Positions 1 to 9,146 of a stretch of DNA of 35,451 nucleotides are shown here, piece by piece. Below the pieces are notes generated by a model. It was not told the DNA's origin. It searched no databases and saw only the letters and a list, made by a program, of their open reading frames with translations. The stretch is taken from IMG/VR virus record IMGVR_UViG_2740892422_000002, positions 1-35,451 of that record; one strand, 5' to 3'. Both the position numbers and the translations under genes were made by a program. The number at the start of each line of letters is the position of its first letter. The stretch's first letter is position 1. The stretch is from a virus (taxonomy: Duplodnaviria; Heunggongvirae; Uroviricota; Caudoviricetes).

Positions 1-135
1 ATTGATTTTTCGCGAAACCATTTGATCATATGACAAGATGTGTATCCACCTTAACTTAATGATTTTTACCAAAATCATTAGGGGATTCATCAGCGCGCAG
101 CTCCTTTGAACCATAGCCGACAATCCGGCCTTCAT
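1..135 (-). CDS. mom: mom-like DNA modification protein, N-terminal fragment truncated by the window edge; start codon uncertain (ATG at 133..135 or 88..90)
   Basis: Open frame from ATG 133..135 to position 1 on the minus strand, immediately downstream of com; assignment is by synteny only, protein not recognised by sequence. Confidence 0.4.
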   Translation of the reverse strand, partial: MKAGLSAMVQRSCALMNPLMILVKIIKLRWIHILSYDQMVSRKIN

Positions 136-137
136 AC

Positions 138-323
138 TCAATAACGCAGGGTTTTGTCAGAATGCGTGATTTCTTCTCTTTTCCCACAATACAGCTCCGT
201 GGGATGCTCTTTGGCATTCGATATGACAATGTAACGTTTACAGCGAGGGCATTTAATTTCTATATGCTTAAAACCTCCTTTAAACAGTAATTTATTGCAG
301 TTTTTACAGCGAACAGAGTCCAT
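138..323 (-). CDS. com: Com-like zinc-finger translational activator of mom
   Basis: 61-aa product [61 protein letters not shown] with CxxC...CxxC zinc-finger; closely resembles Mu Com as recalled; AGGGGGAA RBS before ATG at 323. The ORF-track start at 350 is judged an upstream extension. Confidence 0.8.
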   Translation of the reverse strand: MDSVRCKNCNKLLFKGGFKHIEIKCPRCKRYIVISNAKEHPTELYCGKREEITHSDKTLRY

Positions 324-446
324 GATTCCCCCTGTGTAATAACCAGACATGACCGCCCGGAGGGCTGGGGGTATTTAATCACAACCGATGCAAACCGACG
401 ATCGATATGATGTTATCGATCGTCATAAACTATACAAACTGATTAT
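324..446 (-). promoter_or_regulatory. com-mom upstream regulatory region, candidate C-dependent late promoter, with Dam-site palindrome (arms 397..407 and 414..424)
   Basis: Intergenic between the tail-fiber assembly gene stop (447) and com; perfect 11-bp inverted repeat GACGATCGATA/TATCGATCGTC with 6-bp spacer; GATC at 400..403 and 418..421. Confidence 0.5.
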
Positions 447-1022
447 TTAATCACCGACAGTTAACGCTCTCACCTCGTCCAGTATGGACAGCCGGGAAAG
501 CTGCTCCTTCATTTCACGCTGGCGCTGATAAATCTCGTCATTGCGATCGACCTGTGCCTGCGCCATTGCTGTCGCCAGTTCTTCCAGTTCAGACATCGAC
601 AGTTTCACCTGTTGATTATCGGCATCACCCCACGCAAGGGTGGTTCGTGCCGTATCGGATTTCGCCGCCATTACTACCGGATAAAGACGGGCCATTGAGT
701 CGGGGCCAGCATTCCAGGTACGACCGTTCCATTCGAACGTGAACGGCTGCGCTTCCTGTTCTGCACGCCAGGCGTTGATTTGCTGTTTTTTGGCATCTTT
801 TGCCGCTGCGATAAGTTCCGGCGTGACGGTGAACGGGGCGATTTCGCCCCATTTGCCGCTCTGTAACTCTTCCCAGATGCGCTGGCCTGTTGTTGCGGTA
901 TCGTCCTGCATGGCGGTATACGGGACAAATTCCGTTTCACCTTCAAATAGCACCTCGCAGTCAACCGCACCATTTTCGAGATAATGCGCGTATCTGATGC
1001 CCTTTACCGCTCTGATTTTCAT
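447..1022 (-). CDS. tail fiber assembly protein (Tfa-type chaperone) for the long fiber
   Basis: 191-aa ORF immediately downstream of the long tail-fiber gene; size, position and C-terminal region typical of lambda/P2-type fiber assembly chaperones. Confidence 0.65.
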   Translation of the reverse strand: MKIRAVKGIRYAHYLENGAVDCEVLFEGETEFVPYTAMQDDTATTGQRIWEELQSGKWGEIAPFTVTPELIAAAKDAKKQQINAWRAEQEAQPFTFEWNGRTWNAGPDSMARLYPVVMAAKSDTARTTLAWGDADNQQVKLSMSELEELATAMAQAQVDRNDEIYQRQREMKEQLSRLSILDEVRALTVGD

Positions 1023-1036
1023 GTTCTATCTCCTTG

Positions 1037-4000
1037 TTACTCAATGCGCACGAACAAACAGATAAAGCCTCTGTCGCCATACGTTCCACGATAACCTGAC
1101 AGGGCCTGATAACGACCGGGAAAACTGAATGCCCCAGCACCACCCGCCTTTACTGAAGGTGTGGAAACATATGTCCCGGAATTATTAATTGCACAGTCGA
1201 TAGCCACAGGACCAAGTCGCGACCCCGCCACTACATCCCCAAGGCCAATTTTTATTTCCTTATCTCCTGCCGCTGTTCCCTGATAGACCGCGAGAATAAG
1301 AGAGCCAACTGCCGGATATTTGTAATATGAGGACGGGCCGTTGCCCGCCGTCCGGGACAGCAGGAAGGCCAGCGAATCGCCGTCGTAAATGACAGGGCTT
1401 ACTGTTGCATTCCAGTTGTTTCCACTCCAGCGATAAGTCAGGCGATGAATACTGTGCTCACCTTCGTAATACTGGTTAAAACACAGCAGCGTTTTGAATT
1501 TACGCGTTGTGTCCGATTCATCGTTATCAAAGGGCGACCACATCACATCAATGATGCCGTTAAATTTTGTGGTTCCTGCCAGTAGTGTGGAAGAATCCGC
1601 AATACTGACCGCATAACGCCCCGGGGTGACCTCTTTCAGCCACTCAGCAAAATCAGCCTGTCCATCAAATGCCAGTGCATCGGTGCTGGTAAATGCCTGA
1701 CCGAACCCATGCATACCAGACAGTGCCAGCCTGCCCGGTGTACGGTCGCGGATATCGCTCTGGGGTTCCATCGTCGCAGCCGCTTTCAGTTCAAGCTCCG
1801 TGCGCATGGCCTCAGACGTGTCCAGCGCCAGTAATGCGCGGGCTTTTTCTGACAGCTGTGCCAGTAAAACCCGGCCCTCTGCACTGAAATAAGGCAGTGT
1901 GTTTTCTTCCGGTGTTATCTGGCTGACAGCCGTTAACATGTCATTAAGCGGCTGCTTACCTGCCAGTGCATTAGTGACCGTTGTCGCAAAGTTCGGGTCA
2001 TTACCCAGCGCCGCTGCCAGCTCGTTCAGCGTGTCGAGGGCTTCCGGTGATGAGCCAACCAGCGCGGCAAGCAGTTTGCGGACAAACTCCGCATTGGCGA
2101 TTTCATTACCAGCTGCATCATCTGGCGGTGTTGGCGTTGTCGGCGTTCCGGTCAGTGCCGGGCTTTTCAGCGGTGCGCGGGTTTCAATCAGCGCCCGGAG
2201 TGAAGCCTCGTTGACTTTCAGGTTTTCCCAGCCAACCAGATAACCATCTCCGGCATTCCAGTAGCGATTGTAATAAATGTGGCCGTTAATACCGTAAAAA
2301 ATAATGATTTTAGCCACATATGCCGGATTGGGGTTGGTTTGAGGCTCCGGCCAGATAATTTCAACGGTACCATTGAACAGCACGCCCTGTATTACCGCAT
2401 TTGTATCTGCATAAACGGCATAGCGACCGGGTTTTGCCGTTTTTACCCAGCGGAGAAAATCGGTCTCTGTTTTAAACTCGGTTCTGTCGCCGCTGGAAAA
2501 TACTTTCCCGAATCCAAACATGCCGGGAATCGCCAGACGGCCTTCGGTGCGGTCGTAAATATTCTCCTGTGCATCCTTCTGTGCTGCATTGCCAAGTTGT
2601 GGCGTCAGATTCGTCCAGGTGACCGGGGCGGAGATATTATCGCCACGAACGGTCATAAGAATCCGTCCGTCTTTTCCAAAAAACAGAACCAGCTTTGTTG
2701 CTGTCTGGCTGGTTTTGTCGTCCCAGCCATTATCCAGCCAGATAATTTCTGTTATTCCGGTCGTCTCTTCCGTTTGTGTGGAAAAGGTGTAATACCGTCC
2801 CGGGTGCAGGTTATGCGCACTTTTGGCTATGGTCGCCATATCGCGGGCAATAATTGAACTTGCTCCGGCGTCCGTCATTCCGTAACCAAATGCACCTGGT
2901 AGCGCAACACGGCCTTCCGTGCTGTCGTAAAGGTCTGTCTGAATGTCCTTTACCGCCGCGCTTTTCAGCTCAAGCTCCGTGCGCATGGCTTCCACTGTGG
3001 CCTGTGCCAGCAGTGACCGGGCTTTTTCTGACAGCGGAGACAGTGAAGCATTCCCGTCCTGATTAAAGCACAGAAGATTATCTGCCCGTTCTTCCAGATT
3101 ACTGATTGCGGTTAACACGTCACTGAGTGGTTGTTTACCCGCCAGCGCGTTCATGATTGTTGTCGCAAACTCCGGGTCATTGCCCAGCGCCGCTGCCAGC
3201 TCGTTCAGTGTGTCCAGGGCTTCCGGTGACGAGTCAACCAGTGCGGCGAGCAGTTTGCGGACAAATGCCGCGTTCGCGGTTTCCAGACCGACTGCATCGT
3301 CCGGTGGGGTTGGTGTGGTTGGCGTACCCGTGAACGCCGGGCTGTCCAGCGGCGCTTTTGTTTTCGTCTCGTCCATGACGGCTTTGACAGCCTTTGGTGT
3401 GGCGGCCAGTTCTTCGCTGTCGTTGTCTGTATCACTACAGAGTTGCACCAGACCTTTTTGCGTCGTGCTGGCGTTGGTTCCTTTCAGGTCATCGACTATC
3501 CGTTGCGCCTCGTCCCTGTGCTGTTTCGCGTTCTGCTCGCTTTTTGCTGCCGCTTCGGCGCTGGCTTTTGCCTCGCCGGTCAGCGTTGCAGCATCAGCAA
3601 GTTTATCGACCGCTTTCTGGACTATCGCGTCAGCATCCTTGACAGCCTGTTCTGCGCGGGCGGCATTCTGGTTTGTTTCAGAGGCCAGCTCTTCAGCTTT
3701 CTGCACATTACCCGCAATTTCTTCTGCATCCTGCTGTATTTCCCCGGCGAGCGCTTCTGTATCCTGGCGGGCCTGTTCAGCAGCGGTGGCGTGCTCTCCT
3801 GCTTTTTCTGCGCTTTGCTGCGCCTGTTGCGCCAGCTCTTCGAATTTCTTCAGGGCTTCCGGGCGCAGGTCAATATCGGTTGCGCCCAGAAAATCATTCA
3901 GCGAACCGTCTGTCGAATCTTCATAAACGCGAATGACACCGATTTCTGAAAGGCGCTGTGTGCTTTGTGTCAGGCGAACGCTGTACACACCCGGCAGAAC

Positions 4001-4150
4001 GGGGAAGTCGTACTCCCCGCTCTGTGTGGTGACGTGGCTGAAAACACCTTTCAGAATCCCTGCGCGGTTGTGCAGGGAGGTCAGTGTAATGGTTGCGCCG
4101 CCAAGCGGTTCTCCCGTGGGCGTTTTAATCACACCTTTAAGCTGCGGCAT
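1037..4150 (-). CDS. long tail fiber protein (P2 gpH / lambda Stf-like, mosaic, with internal module duplication)
   Basis: 1037-aa ORF; contains twice the conserved fiber motif ...SPA(F/L)TGTPTTPTPPDDA...FVRKLLAALV.SSPEALDTLNELAAALGNDP.FATT..NALAGKQP; N-terminus resembles side-tail-fiber N-domains. Confidence 0.85.
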   Translation of the reverse strand: MPQLKGVIKTPTGEPLGGATITLTSLHNRAGILKGVFSHVTTQSGEYDFPVLPGVYSVRLTQSTQRLSEIGVIRVYEDSTDGSLNDFLGATDIDLRPEALKKFEELAQQAQQSAEKAGEHATAAEQARQDTEALAGEIQQDAEEIAGNVQKAEELASETNQNAARAEQAVKDADAIVQKAVDKLADAATLTGEAKASAEAAAKSEQNAKQHRDEAQRIVDDLKGTNASTTQKGLVQLCSDTDNDSEELAATPKAVKAVMDETKTKAPLDSPAFTGTPTTPTPPDDAVGLETANAAFVRKLLAALVDSSPEALDTLNELAAALGNDPEFATTIMNALAGKQPLSDVLTAISNLEERADNLLCFNQDGNASLSPLSEKARSLLAQATVEAMRTELELKSAAVKDIQTDLYDSTEGRVALPGAFGYGMTDAGASSIIARDMATIAKSAHNLHPGRYYTFSTQTEETTGITEIIWLDNGWDDKTSQTATKLVLFFGKDGRILMTVRGDNISAPVTWTNLTPQLGNAAQKDAQENIYDRTEGRLAIPGMFGFGKVFSSGDRTEFKTETDFLRWVKTAKPGRYAVYADTNAVIQGVLFNGTVEIIWPEPQTNPNPAYVAKIIIFYGINGHIYYNRYWNAGDGYLVGWENLKVNEASLRALIETRAPLKSPALTGTPTTPTPPDDAAGNEIANAEFVRKLLAALVGSSPEALDTLNELAAALGNDPNFATTVTNALAGKQPLNDMLTAVSQITPEENTLPYFSAEGRVLLAQLSEKARALLALDTSEAMRTELELKAAATMEPQSDIRDRTPGRLALSGMHGFGQAFTSTDALAFDGQADFAEWLKEVTPGRYAVSIADSSTLLAGTTKFNGIIDVMWSPFDNDESDTTRKFKTLLCFNQYYEGEHSIHRLTYRWSGNNWNATVSPVIYDGDSLAFLLSRTAGNGPSSYYKYPAVGSLILAVYQGTAAGDKEIKIGLGDVVAGSRLGPVAIDCAINNSGTYVSTPSVKAGGAGAFSFPGRYQALSGYRGTYGDRGFICLFVRIE
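1780..2200. repeat. intragenic direct repeat copy 1 (~0.4 kb, roughly 80-85% identical to 2958..3375 by eye)
   Basis: Near-identical strings, e.g. TTGTCGCAAA.TTCGGGTCATT.CCCAGCGCCGCTGCCAGCTCGTTCAG and CAAGCTCCGTGCGCATGGC, in both copies; boundaries approximate. Confidence 0.7.
2958..3375. repeat. intragenic direct repeat copy 2 (partner of 1780..2200)
   Basis: Same as copy 1; offset about 1.18 kb, inside the long tail-fiber gene. Confidence 0.7.
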
Positions 4151-4667
4151 CGGGACGCTCCGGCCAGTTGATGGAATTAAAGGAGGCTTCGTCAGTAACG
4201 GTGCTTAAATCCAGTGCCTTTACCGCTTTGATATATGCCATCCACTGCGTAAGACGGGCTTTATCATCGTCGCTGATGGTGCCCAGCTCCAGCTCGGTTT
4301 TCCAGTCGGAGGTGATGTCCTTCGCTTCATTCAGCAGGCGCTGACGTTGTTTTTCTGCCAGTTGCGAATAATCAACAGGAACAGGCAGCACTTCGCCATC
4401 TTTGTAATACCAGCTGACTTCAATGCCAAAACCTTCCGGCAGTTCATCCACTTCCACAATGGTGAAGCCAGCCGGATAAAGACGGGACACGTCTTCCGCC
4501 ATTGAATAAATCACGCCGGTTTCCGGGTGAATACACAATTTGTATTTCTTCGTGAATTTATCCAGTGATTCATAAAAATCTTGTCCGTCTTCACTGCGGA
4601 AATACTGAATGTTTTCACCGTAAGGCATTTCTTCCGGGTAATAACGCGTGACGTTTCTGAGTTCCAT
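4137..4667 (-). CDS. tail fiber assembly protein (Tfa-type chaperone) for the upstream 259-aa fiber
   Basis: 176-aa product from ATG at 4667 preceded by TAAGGAG RBS; follows the 259-aa fiber gene. The ORF-track start at 4703 is judged an extension. Confidence 0.65.
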   Translation of the reverse strand: MELRNVTRYYPEEMPYGENIQYFRSEDGQDFYESLDKFTKKYKLCIHPETGVIYSMAEDVSRLYPAGFTIVEVDELPEGFGIEVSWYYKDGEVLPVPVDYSQLAEKQRQRLLNEAKDITSDWKTELELGTISDDDKARLTQWMAYIKAVKALDLSTVTDEASFNSINWPERPDAAA

Positions 4668-4681
4668 TATTTTCTCCTTAA

Positions 4682-5461
4682 TTAACCAGAGATAGTGCGC
4701 CATGCGCCACTAATATAAATTTGCACAGGTTTATACTTGATGAACTCCATTTTTTCGCCGCCATCAACAAAGGTGACCACGCAGCCTGTCGGAGCCTGAT
4801 ATCCACCCTGAACCTGCGCCCCCAACTGAACATTCTGAACGTACCGGGCATCGGCTGTTGACTGACTCATTCCTGCAGGAATCGTGATATCGCTGGTGCC
4901 ATCAAATGGCACATTGTTAATCCTGCGGGCCGTCTGAAGTCGGGTTGCCGTTCCGGCGTTGCCGCTGATGTTGCTGATGGTGATATCCGAAGACAGGGCC
5001 ATGCCGTTGACCCTGCGGGTATTCGGTACAGCACTATTAGCTTTATTTACCGTTTCACGTAATGAAAGTGCTTCGATAATTTCACCGGCTGTGTTTTTCC
5101 CGAGAATACTGCGCACAAAAGCACTGAGCGGCGTTAATGCCATTGTGTCTTCGCCCGTAAAATACGGGAACGTATTATTCTGACCGGTTAATCCGGCAAT
5201 AGCTCCGGCTGAACCACTGTTCGTAATAAACAGTTTTTTCAGCGCCGTCATAATCTGGTTGGTGGTATTTTTATCCGGTTTGATATTTGCCTGCCGGAGA
5301 ATTTCCAGCAGTTCAGACTGAATAATATTAAACCAGTCCGGCCCCGGATAAGTGGGCGGAATACCATTCCCGCCTTCGGTGAAATAAAGCGTTGTTTTGC
5401 TTAATTCAGCCGCGACAGGTGGCATTACCGGCACCCCCGTCGGATTATCCACATGAAACAT
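4682..5461 (-). CDS. tail fiber protein (shorter fiber, S-like position)
   Basis: 259-aa ORF between the baseplate cluster and a Tfa gene; internal segment ...AGLTGQNNTFPYFTGEDTMALTPLSAFVRSIL... resembles tail-fiber shaft motifs. Confidence 0.55.
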   Translation of the reverse strand: MFHVDNPTGVPVMPPVAAELSKTTLYFTEGGNGIPPTYPGPDWFNIIQSELLEILRQANIKPDKNTTNQIMTALKKLFITNSGSAGAIAGLTGQNNTFPYFTGEDTMALTPLSAFVRSILGKNTAGEIIEALSLRETVNKANSAVPNTRRVNGMALSSDITISNISGNAGTATRLQTARRINNVPFDGTSDITIPAGMSQSTADARYVQNVQLGAQVQGGYQAPTGCVVTFVDGGEKMEFIKYKPVQIYISGAWRTISG

Positions 5462-5464
5462 AAA

Positions 5465-6049
5465 TTATTCTCCGGTGTAATAATATTCATATTCCGTGCC
5501 CGCCAGCCGGTAATGCTTCAGCAGGCATTCCAGCTCGCGGGTCCGTTCGCTGATTAATGGCGTCATGACGTCATCAATACAGGTAAACCGCCCGGCATCT
5601 TTGTCCGGGACTTCCACTTTCAGCAGCCAGCGATACCGCGCCGGATGTAGCGGGTACATGCAGTCACGCAGGCAGTGGTGCGGCAGAACGGCCGTCACCT
5701 TAATAGTGAATCCCAGCGCCGCCGCAGCGGCTTCAATCTGCCAGGTGGCCAGCCCGCCTTTGCGGCGGTATTTCTCCACCACGGCCCGGCGGCGGGCTTC
5801 CGTTGTGGTGGCGGCAATTCCGCATTCCGGCAGCGCCAGATATTGCTCCCACTCCGGCAGCAACTGGAGCGTGGTTTCCGGTCGCATCTCCACATGCAGA
5901 CGCGAGGCGTCGTATTCAACGCGGGTTAAACGCTCTGCAAGCGCCCTTAAAAAACGGTTTAAATCCGCGTCGTTATCACGCGGCCATGCCTTACCCCGTG
6001 GCATGACCTGTTGCAGTGCGGTCAGCCATTCCGTCACGCTGTGAGCCAT
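5465..6049 (-). CDS. tail/baseplate protein (Mu gp48-like, DUF2313-type)
   Basis: 194-aa ORF directly after the baseplate-J gene; position and size match the Mu gp48 family. Confidence 0.55.
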   Translation of the reverse strand: MAHSVTEWLTALQQVMPRGKAWPRDNDADLNRFLRALAERLTRVEYDASRLHVEMRPETTLQLLPEWEQYLALPECGIAATTTEARRRAVVEKYRRKGGLATWQIEAAAAALGFTIKVTAVLPHHCLRDCMYPLHPARYRWLLKVEVPDKDAGRFTCIDDVMTPLISERTRELECLLKHYRLAGTEYEYYYTGE

Positions 6050-7110
6050 GTCACCTCCCCGATGGTGATAAGCTCATCCACATCACTGGTAGTGTCTTCC
6101 CCGATGTTCAGGAAGTAGTCCGCGATGCCGGACGTCATACCGATGGCCGTGCGCAGCGAGGACACCGGCAACATCTGACCGGGGGCCAGCGTTTTCTGTA
6201 ATGCGGTCAGGTTTGCCCGGACGGCGTTCCTGTTCGCCTGGCTGTCCGGTGTCAGACGGATGGACAGGTCGACTTTCTTCAGCCTGACCTGTACCGGCCA
6301 GACCTCGATGCCGCCCGGTTTTCCCACCATCACGCCGGTGGCCGGGTGTTTGTGGCAGAACAGATACTGCTCCATTGTCTTCAGGTCTTCGCGGGTCGGC
6401 ACAATGTCTTCACGGTCATCATAAAGCCATGCCAGCCCGACCGTGCCGGGGCCGTGCCACGCATCCCACGCCCACGCACGGCTGACGCCCGGCACTTCAC
6501 GCGCCCATATCACGTAGTCATGCAGCGCACCGCCCACCGGGGGATTGCGGCGCACATACAGCAGACGGTCCAGCAGCTCTGCGATGGATTCGATGTCTGC
6601 GCCACCGGTGATGCCACTTTCAGTCACCGCGCCTGTGCTGCCCGTTCCGGGTAGCGGGGATAACAGGGTCAGCACGGCACCGGCAGCAAGATTGCCTGCC
6701 ACACCGGCTTCTTCAGCCTGCACGATGACGGTGACCTCGCCGTCCTGTACCTCGCCGGATGTGAGTACCTGATACACCTGATTCGTGTCGGACTGCATCC
6801 GGGTTTCTGCCGGAATGGGGGACTGACTGGTGAAGGTCACCGGCCCGCTGGCAAAGGTTGCCTGCTTGCGGATAACCCCTTCATACGTTGCTGTTTTGAT
6901 AATGGTTTCATCATCAGACGTAGTGGACGGAATTATCTGGTCCTTGATCCAGCTCTGATGGTCGTATAAATCCCGGACCTGACTGCTGAACGACACGTTC
7001 AGCGCCTGCTCAACACTGACAGGCGGCAGCTTTTGCAGGCCGAGTTCATACGCAATATCTTTTTCGCCGTCGGCAATCAGTTTGCCCAGCGTGGGGATTT
7101 CATACGGCAT
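6034..7110 (-). CDS. baseplate J-like protein (Mu gp47-like)
   Basis: 358-aa ORF in the baseplate cluster; size and synteny. Confidence 0.75.
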   Translation of the reverse strand: MPYEIPTLGKLIADGEKDIAYELGLQKLPPVSVEQALNVSFSSQVRDLYDHQSWIKDQIIPSTTSDDETIIKTATYEGVIRKQATFASGPVTFTSQSPIPAETRMQSDTNQVYQVLTSGEVQDGEVTVIVQAEEAGVAGNLAAGAVLTLLSPLPGTGSTGAVTESGITGGADIESIAELLDRLLYVRRNPPVGGALHDYVIWAREVPGVSRAWAWDAWHGPGTVGLAWLYDDREDIVPTREDLKTMEQYLFCHKHPATGVMVGKPGGIEVWPVQVRLKKVDLSIRLTPDSQANRNAVRANLTALQKTLAPGQMLPVSSLRTAIGMTSGIADYFLNIGEDTTSDVDELITIGEVTWLTA

Positions 7111-7552
7111 TAATGGTGGCCTCCCATCGGCGGGTGATTTCGATTGTGAGCGTGGTTTTGTCCGGGCGGGTTAACACCACCTGAAAGGCAATACGGTCAG
7201 GGACGATGATTCTGGCCGCGACGGTGGCGTTACGGGCGTAACCGGCCCGCAGCAGCGGTTGCATGGACAGTCGCGCGTAATCCTCCACACGCAGGCGGAC
7301 ATCTTCCGTCAGTTTTTCGCGTTCAAGCAGCCACAGGCGGGAACCCCACGAAAAATCGCTGTACGTGTCGCCCGGCCAGCCGCGCGGGTCGCCGGAACCA
7401 TCTGGAATGACATCATCGTCATCAGCACGGGCATCAGTGAAAAGGCAGATAAGAACCTGAGTGACCAGCCCCTCATCCAGTGAGAGGCCGTTATGGGTGA
7501 CGGTGATGTCACCCCGTGAGAGAGTATTATTCCAGCGGATTCCGGTCGTCAT
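7100..7552 (-). CDS. baseplate wedge protein (Mu gp46 / T4 gp25-like)
   Basis: 150-aa ORF between spike-like and J-like baseplate genes; synteny. Confidence 0.6.
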   Translation of the reverse strand: MTTGIRWNNTLSRGDITVTHNGLSLDEGLVTQVLICLFTDARADDDDVIPDGSGDPRGWPGDTYSDFSWGSRLWLLEREKLTEDVRLRVEDYARLSMQPLLRAGYARNATVAARIIVPDRIAFQVVLTRPDKTTLTIEITRRWEATINAV

Positions 7553-8085
7553 ATGGGCGGTGATGTCTTCTCATTGTCGCCGTCCTTATGAATGTGTTTG
7601 ATGAAAGATTTACCGTTGATTGTGGCATCTGCAGTAAATTCACAGGGACCGACGAATTTCATTTGTTTACCGATAATATTCAGCAATTCGTCGGCGGTGA
7701 GATTTACCGTTTTCCCTGAAACGTTTAATTGTTCTCCTGTGATTTCAATAATTCCGCCTTTCTTTAACGTGATATGCGATTTACCGTCCTGGTGATACAG
7801 CCGGACATCACCGGGGGACAGGCCTTTCGGGCGACATCGCTTGTCCTCCACCGCGATGGCAACCAGCCCGTCACGCCGTCCGCCCACGGCCAGCACGATG
7901 GCTTCAGAACCTTCCGGCGGAACGGAAGTAAACCCGTAGTTCTGGAAGCGTTCCACGTCGTCGTCGGTGGCATCAGCCAGCGTCTGGATTTGCAGGTTCT
8001 GCCGCTCCAGACTGTCAGACACCATGCGCACAACGGCACGGTCAACCAGCAGCCGCAGACGGCGGGCAATTGCGTTTAATCCCAT
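7549..8085 (-). CDS. baseplate assembly/spike protein (Mu gp45-like)
   Basis: 178-aa ORF downstream of the gpD/P-like gene; synteny. Confidence 0.6.
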   Translation of the reverse strand: MGLNAIARRLRLLVDRAVVRMVSDSLERQNLQIQTLADATDDDVERFQNYGFTSVPPEGSEAIVLAVGGRRDGLVAIAVEDKRCRPKGLSPGDVRLYHQDGKSHITLKKGGIIEITGEQLNVSGKTVNLTADELLNIIGKQMKFVGPCEFTADATINGKSFIKHIHKDGDNEKTSPPI

Positions 8086-9146
8086 GTGGCCACCGCCTTT
8101 GTTTTCTTCGTCTTCGCTTTCATTTCCGGCATATCCAGTGATTCAGGCGGAACCAGCGCCAGAACCGTCATCCGCCCCTGTGCGCCATCCGTCCAGGTCA
8201 CCCCGGATATCAGCCAGGTGGTTTTCAGGTTCTGAATGCTGTCGTCGATATCGACAAGGCGGTTGGTCTGCCACAGCGGGCCGCTGTCGCCCTGTTCGCG
8301 CCAGCCTGCCACCGTGATTTCCGTCGTGCGGGATTCCCCCAGCATCCGGGCTTTGTACCATTCCCCGCGAATGCTGGCCCCGCCCACGGTCAGGCTGTCT
8401 TCATTGACCAGAATGCGCGGGCGGTAACGGTTAATTTCCGGGTCTTCGGTGATGTACTGGCGACCACCCACCATCGAGGCAGGCTGGCTGTCCCACAGTT
8501 TGCCACCGGCACTGGTGGTGCCCTTGATGATGTACTGGCTGTTACGCTCCCGCCAGCTGAAGCGCCCACGGGCAGCGAGGATATTTTTCCCCAGCACCAG
8601 TGACACACCCGCGCGAACGGAAGAGGCGCGGGTGATAATCAGGTTACCTGCGCCGTCAGACGTCAGCAGAACGCCGCGCTGTTTTGCCAGCCGGTCGAGC
8701 AGTTCAAAGCCCGTTTCACCCTGTTCCAGAACGACGGACGCAAACGCCTCCCCGGTCGGGGTTTCCGTGATGACGGTTATCCCGAACGGGCGGCAGACAT
8801 CAGCCGCCACCTGTTCAAGCCGCACGCCTTTCCATTTCCCGGATGAATGCACCACAGAGCAGTCCACCAGGTCACCGGTTTTGTCGCGCCCCATGACGCG
8901 GATCTCCACGTTATCTGCGTCATAGCTGGGGATAAAATCATCAATATACCCCGTCAGCACGGTATCCGCGCCCAGCCTGACCGTGCAGGGTTGCCCCTCA
9001 CGAATCACGCGCGGTGCCGCCGCTGACCAGCGGGTTGTCACACTGAGATCAAACTCACCGGCAATCGCCTTCAGGGAACGGCTGATGGACATTTCCGTCC
9101 AGCCTTCCCACAGTTTGCCGTCAACGGTAAGAATCACGGATTCCAT
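8076..9146 (-). CDS. baseplate hub/tail protein (Mu P, P2 gpD-like)
   Basis: 356-aa ORF following the DNA-circularisation N gene; size and order typical of Mu P. Confidence 0.7.
   Translation of the reverse strand: MESVILTVDGKLWEGWTEMSISRSLKAIAGEFDLSVTTRWSAAAPRVIREGQPCTVRLGADTVLTGYIDDFIPSYDADNVEIRVMGRDKTGDLVDCSVVHSSGKWKGVRLEQVAADVCRPFGITVITETPTGEAFASVVLEQGETGFELLDRLAKQRGVLLTSDGAGNLIITRASSVRAGVSLVLGKNILAARGRFSWRERNSQYIIKGTTSAGGKLWDSQPASMVGGRQYITEDPEINRYRPRILVNEDSLTVGGASIRGEWYKARMLGESRTTEITVAGWREQGDSGPLWQTNRLVDIDDSIQNLKTTWLISGVTWTDGAQGRMTVLALVPPESLDMPEMKAKTKKTKAVATWD

Noticed and set aside
324-350. Upstream ATG at 350 giving a 70-aa Com ([13 protein letters not shown]...).
   Set aside because: The ATG at 323 has a strong AGGGGGAA RBS and yields a 61-aa zinc-finger protein matching the expected Com length; the extra nine residues are not expected.
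3153-3926. Plus-strand ORFs of 200-350 aa inside minus-strand phage genes (3153..3926, 12568..13314, 17892..18734, 20176..21210, 23304..24164, 14755..15357).
   Set aside because: They are antisense to well-supported structural genes, have Ser/Ala/Arg/Cys-rich low-complexity translations typical of the non-coding frame, and would break the otherwise uniform minus-strand gene packing.
4137-4703. The 12-aa N-terminal extension of the first Tfa ORF (MAHYLWLIKEKI...), read as overlap with the fiber gene.
   Set aside because: The extension overlaps the 3' end of the upstream fiber gene; the ATG at 4667 has a consensus TAAGGAG RBS and starts just after the fiber stop.
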